Source: Gammaproteobacteria bacterium (GTDB lineage Bacteria; Pseudomonadota; Gammaproteobacteria; UBA1113). Taken from it: DNA of 64,000 nucleotides. The DNA lies in assembly GCA_021773295.1 (NCBI GenBank), contig JAJFKI010000025.1, forward strand, positions 1,965 to 65,964. The letters are read 5' to 3'. The position numbers and the translations under genes were made by a program. Below the pieces are notes generated by a model, which was not told the DNA's origin, made no database searches, and was given only the letters and a program-made list of their open reading frames with translations. Of this stretch, positions 21,074 through 30,655 are shown piece by piece (the first letter of the stretch is position 1; the number at the start of each line of letters is the position of its first letter).

Positions 21074-21112
21074 GAAAAAAAATGTAGGGGCGGTTCGCGA
21101 ACCGCCCTGCTG
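21074..21112. repeat. REP-like palindrome copy between the convergent genes era and the 757-aa gene
   Basis: GAAAAAAAATGTAGGGGCGGTTCGCGAACCGCCCTG. The left flank CAATGAAGC is shared with the copy at 6415. Confidence 0.6.
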
Positions 21113-21124
21113 GAACAGCGCTGA

Positions 21125-23398
21125 TTAGCGTAATACCAGCATCTCGTCATCATCATCACTCGAACTGGCCGTATCCGTATATTCATCTTCAGCATCCGTA
21201 TCACTCTTATACTCACTCTCATCCATCGCAAAAAAACCAATGGTACCTACGCTTTTAGTAATGCTAGGTGGTGTTAAACTGCGTTCAGATAATTCGCGGC
21301 TTAATTGACGTACATTGCGTTGTTGTTCAGAGTCATCCTCTGCTGTTGGTTTTGAAAACATGCAGCACACCGTATTCCAAACTTTTTTCCAAAAACCCGT
21401 TTCGCTTTGTACGGTTACTAAGTCTTTTGCTAATTGGAAAGTAGCCCCAAAAGTTTTACTTAGTTGAGTATTCAGTTTGCTAACAGGGAAGAATTGTCGT
21501 TCTTGCACAAAGCGAAGTTTGCTTTCTCGATAAACATTGCACTCACTTTTTGCATACGCTTGATTAACGCGGCCTTGTATTTCCCGTTTGAAATCGTCAT
21601 CACTTTCATCATTATCTATGGGCTCGATGATCCTATAGCCATCATTGGTAATGGGTAATCGCAGGTAATTGTCTTCAATGCTCTCATGCAAGGTACCACC
21701 ACCCACATCATAGCGTTTGGCGAAATAGTAAAACATCAGTGCGCGTGTTAAGGGGGGAATATTTTGTTGGCGCTGTAATTCTTCGGCGTAATTCAGTAGT
21801 TTAAGAATGACCGCATGTCGGTCTTTACTGAAGGTAACCATTGCTTCATTGACGATGTACTGCAACAAATCGGCAACCACGCCTTGAATCCATTTTAGAA
21901 AATGCTCTTCTGTTGAAAAATCATCAAACTTGTGATTTTCATTAGCCTCTTCATCTCTAAAACAGTCAGCGAGTAGAGTCCCTAGTGCATAGTTATCCTC
22001 CTGATGTTTGAGGTAATAACTGTAATGAGGGTTGTCTTTTTCACTGTGGTGGCCATCACGCAATTTCATTTTTCTCTCAGGCACGATGTGTATGCGTAAA
22101 CTTTTTAACAGATCATACAATATATTTAACTCAGGACTATCTACATCCATTGTTTTAAGCAATGATGCTAAGGCATTTTCCATACCAATTAATCGTTTAA
22201 AACGCGCTTTATCTTTTGTGTTATTACGTTTAAAGCTTATAGGCATTGCTTGCCAGAATAAGGTGTTAATGAGTCCATTAACGCCATCTGTATTAATGTC
22301 GAATAAATCGGTGTGGTACTTCATCAGCATGCTGGCAAGGTTCGATAAATCACTCAGGAATTGTTGGGGATTTTTAACAATGTTTTTATAACTGTTAATG
22401 ACTTGGTACCAGAGTGTTTCAAAACCCTTGTTGTCGATGTAGGCGGGCTGAATTTTTGCAAATAGCGCACGCTGTAATTCAAGTTTGCAGATTAGTTGCC
22501 ACGATCCTAAGGACTGTTGGTGATCCTCCGTTTCTTCTTCATTAGGCGCACTGAGCCCATTGAATTTTTTGATTAACGTATCATGCTGAGTATCATCCAG
22601 TAAGGATAAAATAATATCACGACGTAAGGTTATGTCACTGACATTATGTATACAATAATTAACATACAAAATCAAAGCTTCGCCAGGATCGATGACTTCT
22701 TCGTCACTACTATGTTTTTCAGCCCATAGCTCAAGTGTGCTTAAAAAGCTTTGAATCAAAAAATGAAGGCTCAGCGTTTGTGGGGTATGGCTAGTGGCGA
22801 AGGCTTCGAATATTAACGTAATATCACGCCACATTGTCGCCAAGCGCTCATTTTTAAATAACTCATGCTTTAGCGAAGTAGACATTGTTTTTATAGGAAG
22901 TTTCGGCGTGATAGCCTGATAAATTTCGACATAACTAGCAGTGGGATTATTTTGTAATGTAAGTAGTTTTACCAAGTCAAAATGTTGTGTTTTATCCAGC
23001 AATAGTGTTGGAATTGTTTGCTGTGAGAGGTAAAACTTTAATGCTGTCTGTAGTGGCAAGCCATTGACACTACACCATGATTTTAAGGCATTAAGAAACT
23101 TATCTATGCTGGCTTGAATAGGGTTAGTAGGGAATATATCATGGTTTGGCAAAGCACGTAACTGCTGCATCAGTGTATGCCAGTGCTCGTTAATTGCTTG
23201 CCTTGCTAATAATTGTTGCTGTTTGATTTCACTAAGAGGCGTTTGATCATCGAGGGCTTCCATGAGGTCAAATGCCACTTCACTTTCACTTTCACTTTCA
23301 CTTTCTTCAATTTCTTCAATCACTTCAATCACGAGAATGCTCCTTAAAAAAAGCAGGTTGTCACAATAAAGACGCCAACTACGAATAGGGAAGGGCAA
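21125..23398 (-). CDS. large hypothetical effector-like protein with N-terminal (ES)n repeats and a strongly acidic C-terminus
   Basis: 757-aa orphan ORF. It ends ...DTDAEDEYTDTASSSDDDDEMLVLR. It contains an in-frame hexanucleotide tandem repeat, and the start may be at a downstream Met. Confidence 0.65.
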   Translation of the reverse strand: MPFPIRSWRLYCDNLLFLRSILVIEVIEEIEESESESESEVAFDLMEALDDQTPLSEIKQQQLLARQAINEHWHTLMQQLRALPNHDIFPTNPIQASIDKFLNALKSWCSVNGLPLQTALKFYLSQQTIPTLLLDKTQHFDLVKLLTLQNNPTASYVEIYQAITPKLPIKTMSTSLKHELFKNERLATMWRDITLIFEAFATSHTPQTLSLHFLIQSFLSTLELWAEKHSSDEEVIDPGEALILYVNYCIHNVSDITLRRDIILSLLDDTQHDTLIKKFNGLSAPNEEETEDHQQSLGSWQLICKLELQRALFAKIQPAYIDNKGFETLWYQVINSYKNIVKNPQQFLSDLSNLASMLMKYHTDLFDINTDGVNGLINTLFWQAMPISFKRNNTKDKARFKRLIGMENALASLLKTMDVDSPELNILYDLLKSLRIHIVPERKMKLRDGHHSEKDNPHYSYYLKHQEDNYALGTLLADCFRDEEANENHKFDDFSTEEHFLKWIQGVVADLLQYIVNEAMVTFSKDRHAVILKLLNYAEELQRQQNIPPLTRALMFYYFAKRYDVGGGTLHESIEDNYLRLPITNDGYRIIEPIDNDESDDDFKREIQGRVNQAYAKSECNVYRESKLRFVQERQFFPVSKLNTQLSKTFGATFQLAKDLVTVQSETGFWKKVWNTVCCMFSKPTAEDDSEQQRNVRQLSRELSERSLTPPSITKSVGTIGFFAMDESEYKSDTDAEDEYTDTASSSDDDDEMLVLR
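23276..23304. repeat. hexanucleotide tandem repeat (CACTTT)4-5, in-frame inside the 5' end of the 757-aa gene
   Basis: CACTTCACTTTCACTTTCACTTTCACTTTC on the plus strand, equivalent to (GAAAGT)n encoding ESESESES. Confidence 0.8.
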
Positions 23399-23652
23399 GC
23401 TCGTTAACAGAGGAATAATACACTACCAGATCCCTCTGACGATGGGCATAAAAGCGTCATGAGAGTTAGTATAGGACAAGAATCGAATAATTCTAGCGCG
23501 AAAGTGTAAAAATTTTCACACAGCTGAGCTGAAATGAAAATCTTAATATAAATCAATAGGTGGTAATTTTCAGTGTATGACGGATTGCTATTTTTAGTGT
23601 TACAATGTGTTTTATTTATGACCTTCTCATCATCATAGACAAGGGGCTTTAT

Positions 23653-24345
23653 TTGACGCAGAGATTAGAACCAGCCTACATACTCCATACGCGATATTTT
23701 CGCGACACCAGTTTAATCGTGGAGCTCTTCACTCAACATGAAGGCACAGTGGCCGTGCTTGCCAAAGGCGCACGCAAGCAAGCGCGCTGGAAAGGCTTAT
23801 TGCAATTGTTTGCTCACGTGTTAGTGGCATGGCGCGGTAAGTCTGAGTTGCCTATCTTAACCGGTGCCGAACCAGGCGGTGATGCCTTAATACTACAGGG
23901 CGATGCCTTATTCAGCGGTTTTTATTTAAATGAATTGTTAATTCGTTTGTTACATAAACACGATCCACACCCGAGGTTATTTAACGTATACCAACAAACT
24001 TTGGCAGCATTAAATCAGGGTGAGGTTGAAAAAAGCTTACGGTGTTTCGAAAAACAATTATTGCAAGAATTAGGTTACGGTTTGGTGTTGGATAGGGAAT
24101 TAGAAAACAATACTCCTATCGATCCAGCGTCTTATTATCAATACCACTTAGAGCAAGGTGCCAGGAAAGTTACCGGCACTGCCAAGGCAACAGACATTTA
24201 CCAAGGAAAAAGTTTATTAGCGCTGCACCACGATCAATTAATCACACAAGAGGCTAGGCGCGATGCCAAGCGTTTAATGCGCCAAGCCATTGCTATTTTG
24301 CTCAATCATAAGCCGCTAAAGAGCCGAGAATTGTTTACTGTGTGA
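23653..24345 (+). CDS. recO: DNA repair protein RecO; TTG start inferred from AAGGGG ribosome-binding site and homology
   Basis: The C-terminal KPLKSRELF and overall length match RecO. The ORF track starts upstream at 23605. Confidence 0.85.
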   Translation: MTQRLEPAYILHTRYFRDTSLIVELFTQHEGTVAVLAKGARKQARWKGLLQLFAHVLVAWRGKSELPILTGAEPGGDALILQGDALFSGFYLNELLIRLLHKHDPHPRLFNVYQQTLAALNQGEVEKSLRCFEKQLLQELGYGLVLDRELENNTPIDPASYYQYHLEQGARKVTGTAKATDIYQGKSLLALHHDQLITQEARRDAKRLMRQAIAILLNHKPLKSRELFTV

Positions 24346-24428
24346 TAAAAATTATATCTTATGTCACACAATTCTCTTGACAAAGGAATTTCGTTACATA
24401 AGATATGACAAAATCCAGGAGTTAGTTT

Positions 24429-25160
24429 ATGAAACCAATCTTACTAGGCATCAACATCGATCACGTTGCTACTATTCGACAAGCCAGAGGTACGCGTTAC
24501 CCTGATCCCATTCAAGCCGCCACAATCGCAGAGCAAGCGGGTGCAGATGGGATTACTCTGCATTTACGAGAAGACAGGCGTCATATTCAAGACCGAGATG
24601 TTTACCGTTTAAAAGACGTATTACAAACCCGGATGAATCTAGAAATGGCTATTACAGAAGAAATGCTAGGTATTGCTGTGGCAGTGAAACCAGCACATTG
24701 TTGTCTAGTGCCTGAAAAACGAGAAGAGTTAACCACCGAAGGGGGGCTAGATGTCGTTGGCAATAGGGATAGCGTAAAAGCTGCTTGCGAGCGTTTAGCT
24801 GCTGCAGGCATTGATGTCTCATTATTCATTAATGCCGATCCACAACAAATCGAAGCCGCCATTGAGGCAGGTGCCCCCACCATTGAAATTCACACAGGTC
24901 ACTATGCTGATTTAACCGATCCAGTGCAAAAAAAACAAGAATTAACCCGCATCATTAACGCCGTAGAGTTTGCTGATAGTCAAAACCTAGTTGTCAACGC
25001 CGGCCACGGCCTCCACTACCACAACACCGAAGCCATCGCCGAAATCCCCCAAATCAATGAATTAAACATCGGCCACGCCATCATCGCCCGTGCCATCTTC
25101 ACAGGCTTTGAAGTAGCTGTTAGTGAAATGAAGCAGTTGATGCTAGCGGCGAGATCATAA
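24429..25160 (+). CDS. pdxJ: pyridoxine 5'-phosphate synthase
   Basis: [16 protein letters not shown]...PDP matches the PdxJ N-terminus, at 243 aa. Confidence 0.95.
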   Translation: MKPILLGINIDHVATIRQARGTRYPDPIQAATIAEQAGADGITLHLREDRRHIQDRDVYRLKDVLQTRMNLEMAITEEMLGIAVAVKPAHCCLVPEKREELTTEGGLDVVGNRDSVKAACERLAAAGIDVSLFINADPQQIEAAIEAGAPTIEIHTGHYADLTDPVQKKQELTRIINAVEFADSQNLVVNAGHGLHYHNTEAIAEIPQINELNIGHAIIARAIFTGFEVAVSEMKQLMLAARS

Positions 25161-25303
25161 GCTTTACTTAATAATCTTTATATATACTTACGTATAAGCT
25201 TGACGCATAGCCCGGCAGGGTTTTTTGTGTCAAACAAATTACATAAATTGGGATGATGAGCAATAATTTGAGTATTAATGAAAGTGATAAATGAGGTGAA
25301 AAG

Positions 25304-27703
25304 ATGGCGGCAGAAGAGGACAATGAAAGTTTACGAGCACAATTGAAAAGTGAATATGATGACATAGAAAAAAGCTTGCCGCTGGTTAGAACTAGAACTT
25401 CACGGTGGCCGATTTTTTCAGGACGTTGGCGGCCGTTTTCAAAACCTGATGAGTCAGAACCACGATTTGATGAGTCAGAACTTAAATCCAAGTTATCGAA
25501 ATTATATAACATACTCATTCGAGCTACTCAACTTAAGCCACCTTACAAAGGCTTGATTAATTTAATAGCTGAGCGTTTAAGCCAGTATGTACTTGAAGTA
25601 AAACCTTATCTGCAAGATGAATGGTTAAAGCATATTAAAGAAGAGGAGTTTTGGAAAGCTTATGAGAAGTTTCCAGAATTTTTTAAATTTAGTAGGGTCC
25701 ACGAAGAATTTATTAAACAACAGGCAAAGTTATATTATGAGCTTGTAAAAGGACTCACAGAAGATAATTATGAAAAAAGTTCTAATCTTATTTTAAAAAT
25801 GTTTAGTGATGATAACGTTATCGGCTTAGATGAGGTTTTATTAGAGTTAGCAAAGGCAGATTTAGATGACTACAACAAAGTGTTTTTTCCAGTAAACAAC
25901 AAACCGGTTGTAAACTTGTACAGAAAAATGCTTGATAAGAGATGCTTGAGCTATGGCTCTACAGCATATCGACATATTGATTATGTGAGAAGACATAGTG
26001 ATGACTGCCAACTTCTACAACGTTCTTTTTATCCCCTTAGCAACTTTGATGTTAGTGATATGGAAGCATTACAAAGCTTAGTGAAAGAATCAAATGTCGA
26101 CAAGCAGTCTCCGATGTTTAGAATAATTAATGAGATTAAGAAGGCTGGGCTCAGTAAAGATAACTATAAGAGAATAGCATTTACTGATGATGAACTTAAT
26201 TTTTTTAAAGTGGCTGCTGAATTTAATAATAAGAATGGTTTATACCAAAAACTAGAGAAAGAGATGGGTGCGCAGAAAAGGACAGAGCATCAAACAGCGA
26301 GTGCAAATCAAGGTGTCCTCATTGTTGCAGGTGCGGATTTTGACGACTGCACTGCTGACTTGACAGATGAACAAATTCCTGAAAGTTTAACAAAAGCAGA
26401 TTTTTTATACTTATCCTCAAATAGACAAGATGAGCGGTTAAACATTCTTAACTCTAAAACTCGCGAGGCCGCTAAGACAAGAGGCTTCCTATATAATGCA
26501 TTTTATGTCATGCCATTTTTTGCGGAAAAGATTAATGCAAAATTTGTTCCGCTATTAATAGCCGATGTGGAAAATCACTTAGAACCTGGTACTGCATTGC
26601 GAAAAAATTCAAAGTACACTGCAAAAAGTGAAGATCTGAAAATAAAAATACTTCTTGCACAAATGTGGCATGCAAAGATGACGCATGGACAAGAAGGGAA
26701 GGCGATGAACTTTGATTTTTATGATGACAGAGAAGATATACTTTATGTGCTCGACATTTTTTTTAAAAGTAACAAACACCTAATCCCAACAAATGTTACG
26801 CTTAGGTTGCATCAATTAGTTCCTAAGAAAAATCAATACAATATAATTAATACTGGAATTAAGGGTGAGGGAGGTGAAATATTGAATGCGGAAGGGAGTA
26901 TGACGTATGATGATGACTCTGAAAATACGCTAGTCGATGACGGAATGTTAAGATTGGATAATTTTTTGAATGATAAGTTAAAAAACATGGATAAATATAA
27001 GAAATTTAGGCGAAGTATTGATTTCATACTAAAGACTTTTAAAGATGCTTTACAAGACGAGCTACGAGATCAGGATCCAGATTTCCTTAAATACCGAAAA
27101 CAAAACAAAGAGATATATATTACCGCACTTGAAGAGATAATGAAAAAAATAAACATAGATATACTTACTGACAAAGACTATGAGTACATAAAGCAACTTC
27201 GTGATGATTTTCAATTAAAGCCCAGGCAAGCGAGGGGAGAAACGGACTTTAAAATCCATGATTTTGATAAAGAATACTTTAATCGTTTGGCAACATTACT
27301 GCATGTAGATATCAAGTTAGACCTAAACTTACCTGATCCCTCACCATCAGCAGCTGCTTCATCTTCATCACAACCCGCAGTGACTACACCAGTCGCTGCT
27401 GCTTCAAGCTATGGGGATATGCAACAAGCTTTTAATGCTAGTAAGAGCATTAGAAATGAAAGTAACAAAAAAGAATTTTCGCATGTGGATGATGCAGCTG
27501 CGGGGCGCAGCAGTGACGAACATGTTGCAGCAAGAAGCAGCGATGAAGCGAATGTAGCTGCTGCTAGCTCGGACAGTGATAAAACTAGTAGAAAAGATAA
27601 AGGAAAAGGTAAGAAAAGACAGGGTGGTTCATCGTCAGACAAAACTGAGATTGACACAAGTCGAGATGATGTGTCCGACTGGTATCCGAGAGGCCCGCAG
27701 TAA
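25304..27703 (+). CDS. large hypothetical effector-like protein; AT-rich, with a Ser/Ala-rich then basic C-terminus
   Basis: 799-aa orphan ORF ending ...PSPSAAASSSSQPAVTTPVAAASSYGDMQQAFNASKS...KDKGKGKKRQGGSSSD.... Confidence 0.7.
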   Translation: MAAEEDNESLRAQLKSEYDDIEKSLPLVRTRTSRWPIFSGRWRPFSKPDESEPRFDESELKSKLSKLYNILIRATQLKPPYKGLINLIAERLSQYVLEVKPYLQDEWLKHIKEEEFWKAYEKFPEFFKFSRVHEEFIKQQAKLYYELVKGLTEDNYEKSSNLILKMFSDDNVIGLDEVLLELAKADLDDYNKVFFPVNNKPVVNLYRKMLDKRCLSYGSTAYRHIDYVRRHSDDCQLLQRSFYPLSNFDVSDMEALQSLVKESNVDKQSPMFRIINEIKKAGLSKDNYKRIAFTDDELNFFKVAAEFNNKNGLYQKLEKEMGAQKRTEHQTASANQGVLIVAGADFDDCTADLTDEQIPESLTKADFLYLSSNRQDERLNILNSKTREAAKTRGFLYNAFYVMPFFAEKINAKFVPLLIADVENHLEPGTALRKNSKYTAKSEDLKIKILLAQMWHAKMTHGQEGKAMNFDFYDDREDILYVLDIFFKSNKHLIPTNVTLRLHQLVPKKNQYNIINTGIKGEGGEILNAEGSMTYDDDSENTLVDDGMLRLDNFLNDKLKNMDKYKKFRRSIDFILKTFKDALQDELRDQDPDFLKYRKQNKEIYITALEEIMKKINIDILTDKDYEYIKQLRDDFQLKPRQARGETDFKIHDFDKEYFNRLATLLHVDIKLDLNLPDPSPSAAASSSSQPAVTTPVAAASSYGDMQQAFNASKSIRNESNKKEFSHVDDAAAGRSSDEHVAARSSDEANVAAASSDSDKTSRKDKGKGKKRQGGSSSDKTEIDTSRDDVSDWYPRGPQ

Positions 27704-27730
27704 ATGCAGCAACAAGGCTAAGAATGATAG

Positions 27731-30493
27731 TTACTCAACCAATTGATCCCGGCTCATACTCAAAATGCGTTCGGCTTCGATTTCAAAGTGTTTGTAAAGA
27801 TTAGGCACAGCTTTTACATCCGCTTGTTTCACGGCTTGTTCTAAGGCTGCTGTTGCTTGTTGTAAGCCTGGGACACCTGAATAACACAAGGCGCCACGCA
27901 ATTTATGCAATTGTGCTTTTAAGTTTTCTAAATCCTGTTGTTGGTAAAGAGTGTTAATCAATTCAACATCATCTGGCAATTGCTCTAATAACATATCTAA
28001 TAATTCTCGTGCTAAATCTTCGCGACCATTGGCGAGTTTGATGCACTCTTGCCAATCAATCGGGCTTTCTGGTTGCTCGCTTTGTGGTGCGTTTGAAGTA
28101 TTGCCCCATTTTTCCAATAATTGGCTCAAACGATTCATAGAAATGGGCTTCATGACCCTGTCATTAATGCCCGCTGTTTGAATATCCGTTTTAAATTCGG
28201 TAAGTTCATCGGCACTCATCATGATGATCGGGGTTTCTTGATTCAAATTATCTTGCTGACGAATGTGCATCGCTGTTTCAATGCCATTCATACCCGGCAT
28301 ATTCATATCAACAAAAATTAAATCGTACGGGACTTTTTGCACGAGCTTCAATGCACGGTTACCATCTTTGGTGGTATTGACTTTATAATTCATGTTTTTC
28401 AAGGTGCGGCTCAACAAACGACGGCTGGTTTGATCATCATCGATGACCAGTAAATGTGTTTGCTCTTGGAAAATAGGTTCTAGTTTAATGGGATCGGTAA
28501 AGTGCTCATTAAATAATAACGCCGATATTTCATGATAAAATTTCTTTTGCCCGATGGGTTTAACAATACAACGGCTGGCACCTTTGGTGATGAATTGGTT
28601 AAACATGGATTGATCCACGGTGTTGAGTAACACTACAATAGGACCATGATAAACCCTCGTGGTAGGCACTAAAATTTGATGAATAAACTGTGTAATCGTA
28701 TCAGCACGGCCTGCATCTAACAGTAATAATTGAAATTGGTTTGGATTAGCCGTTTGCAGCAAACTTAGTAATTCACTCATATCCGTCACGGCTGTTAAGC
28801 CCAGGTTCCAGAGCTTAAACATTTCCTGAAAAGATTCGGTGGTGAGTGCATTTGGTTCATACAATGCGGCGTTCATATCAGAAAATCGCTTATAAGCAAA
28901 ATGGTGTTCGCCAGAAGCGATTAAATCACTGTCGACACTAAACCAAAAGGTTGATCCCTGATGTAATTTGCTCTCAACACCAATTTCACCACCCATTAGT
29001 TGCACCAGTCTTTTACTGATCAACAAACCAAGGCCCGTACCACGGTATTTTTTCTGTGCTTTATTATTAACTTGATGAAAGGCTTTAAAGATACGTTTGA
29101 GATCATCTTTTTTGATACCGATTCCTGTGTCAGTGATTTTAATAGTTAATTGACAACGGCTCTCCTCGATGGCATCTGCGGCCACTCGGATCACCACATG
29201 GCCTTCATCGGTAAACTTAATGGCGTTACTGACTAAGTTGGTAATGACTTGTTTAATTCGTAGTGGATCGCCAATTAATTTCATGGGTACGTTATGATGG
29301 ATGATTGGAATTAATTCAATGCCTTTATTATGGGCTGCTGGTGCTAATATCATTAACACTTCTTCGATACATTCGCGAATATCTAAGGGAATGTAATCTA
29401 GCTCTAAGCGTCCCGCTTCAATTTTTGAAAAGTCTAAAATGTCATTAATGACGGCTAATAAATTATCAGCAGATTTTTTCACAGTGTTTAAGTAATCACG
29501 TTGGTGAGATTTTAATTCAGTTTCCAGTAACAAATTATTAAAACCGATGATGCCATTCATCGGTGCACGGATTTCATGAGACATGTTAGCAATAAATTCT
29601 GATTTAACGCGGTTGGCTTCAGTTGCATCATTGCGTGCACGATCTAAGGCTTTATTTTCCTGTTCTAGTTTTTGTAATGCCCCGGTCAATTCAGTGGTTG
29701 CTGTAAATACTTTTTGATTCAATTCACGCTTACCCGCTTCTACTTGCTGACTTAAACGGTTAAGGCTTTGGGCTAAACGACGGATGTCTTTGTTGGGCGA
29801 TTCGGTTTTAATCGGTTTTGTGCGGCCATTTGAAAACTCACGGCTGGCTTTCATAATTGTTTGCAGAGGGCTTAGCAGCAGGCGATCAAAGTTAATCACT
29901 AAAATGATGGCAAGGGCAATGCCGAGCAATACGATAAATAGATTAATAGCAACGCTTTGGTATTCTAAAATAAGCGTGCTATTACGCGCTAAGTCCAAAG
30001 ACATCCAACCGAGAATGTCATTAGGTTTTAATGTTTGATTGCTCTGTTTTGCGCGCAGCAAGCCATCTTCAATATTCATTTGTTGCACGGAGATGGGCGC
30101 AGTAAAGTGTAAAATATTTTTTTGCTTTGTGAGATGAATATTGGGATCGCTGGTATCAATGCGTCGTTCTTGTTGTGTTAAGCGTTCAGGACCCGCATAG
30201 GCTAAGACATTACCGTTTTTATCATAAATAGTAACGGCTCTCAGAGCTGTGTTTTCAGTAGCAGCATTGGTGAGGCCCTGGAGGATGTGGATATTTTTTG
30301 TGTATAAGCCATATTTGCTGGCAGGGGTTAATTGCCGTATTAAAGAATACCCACGGTTTTGTAAATCTTTTTCTAATTCTTTGATTCTGAGCGCACTATA
30401 GTAAACCGCCATGGATATAGAGATGATGATCGTGGGCAAAAGTGCCAGGGCGATGATTTGCAGTCTTAAAGGCTGTTTTTTCACGGTGCGCAT
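27731..30493 (-). CDS. hybrid sensor histidine kinase of the BarA/GacS/LetS family (two-TM sensor, HisKA, HATPase, REC and Hpt domains)
   Basis: Motifs are the H-box FIANMSHEIRAPMNGIIGF, GTGLGL, a receiver (LLVIDDD...DLIFVDMNMPGMNG) and a C-terminal Hpt domain (HKLRGA). The protein is 920 aa. Confidence 0.85.
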   Translation of the reverse strand: MRTVKKQPLRLQIIALALLPTIIISISMAVYYSALRIKELEKDLQNRGYSLIRQLTPASKYGLYTKNIHILQGLTNAATENTALRAVTIYDKNGNVLAYAGPERLTQQERRIDTSDPNIHLTKQKNILHFTAPISVQQMNIEDGLLRAKQSNQTLKPNDILGWMSLDLARNSTLILEYQSVAINLFIVLLGIALAIILVINFDRLLLSPLQTIMKASREFSNGRTKPIKTESPNKDIRRLAQSLNRLSQQVEAGKRELNQKVFTATTELTGALQKLEQENKALDRARNDATEANRVKSEFIANMSHEIRAPMNGIIGFNNLLLETELKSHQRDYLNTVKKSADNLLAVINDILDFSKIEAGRLELDYIPLDIRECIEEVLMILAPAAHNKGIELIPIIHHNVPMKLIGDPLRIKQVITNLVSNAIKFTDEGHVVIRVAADAIEESRCQLTIKITDTGIGIKKDDLKRIFKAFHQVNNKAQKKYRGTGLGLLISKRLVQLMGGEIGVESKLHQGSTFWFSVDSDLIASGEHHFAYKRFSDMNAALYEPNALTTESFQEMFKLWNLGLTAVTDMSELLSLLQTANPNQFQLLLLDAGRADTITQFIHQILVPTTRVYHGPIVVLLNTVDQSMFNQFITKGASRCIVKPIGQKKFYHEISALLFNEHFTDPIKLEPIFQEQTHLLVIDDDQTSRRLLSRTLKNMNYKVNTTKDGNRALKLVQKVPYDLIFVDMNMPGMNGIETAMHIRQQDNLNQETPIIMMSADELTEFKTDIQTAGINDRVMKPISMNRLSQLLEKWGNTSNAPQSEQPESPIDWQECIKLANGREDLARELLDMLLEQLPDDVELINTLYQQQDLENLKAQLHKLRGALCYSGVPGLQQATAALEQAVKQADVKAVPNLYKHFEIEAERILSMSRDQLVE

Positions 30494-30655
30494 AAATCCT
30501 TTATATTTTCATAAGATTAGGTATTATACCTCTTCTACTTTAAAACACACAAAAATGTGTCGATTCCTCTGGGTATAGACTATATTTATATGAGGAAGTA
30601 ATATATATTTCATAGAATAAAATAATAATAGACAAAAGATTTAACAGGTTCATTT

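Noticed and set aside
23276-23304. Possible CRISPR-like short repeats
   Set aside because: The repeats are a simple in-frame hexanucleotide SSR inside a CDS, with no spacers. No CRISPR array or cas genes were seen anywhere in the window.
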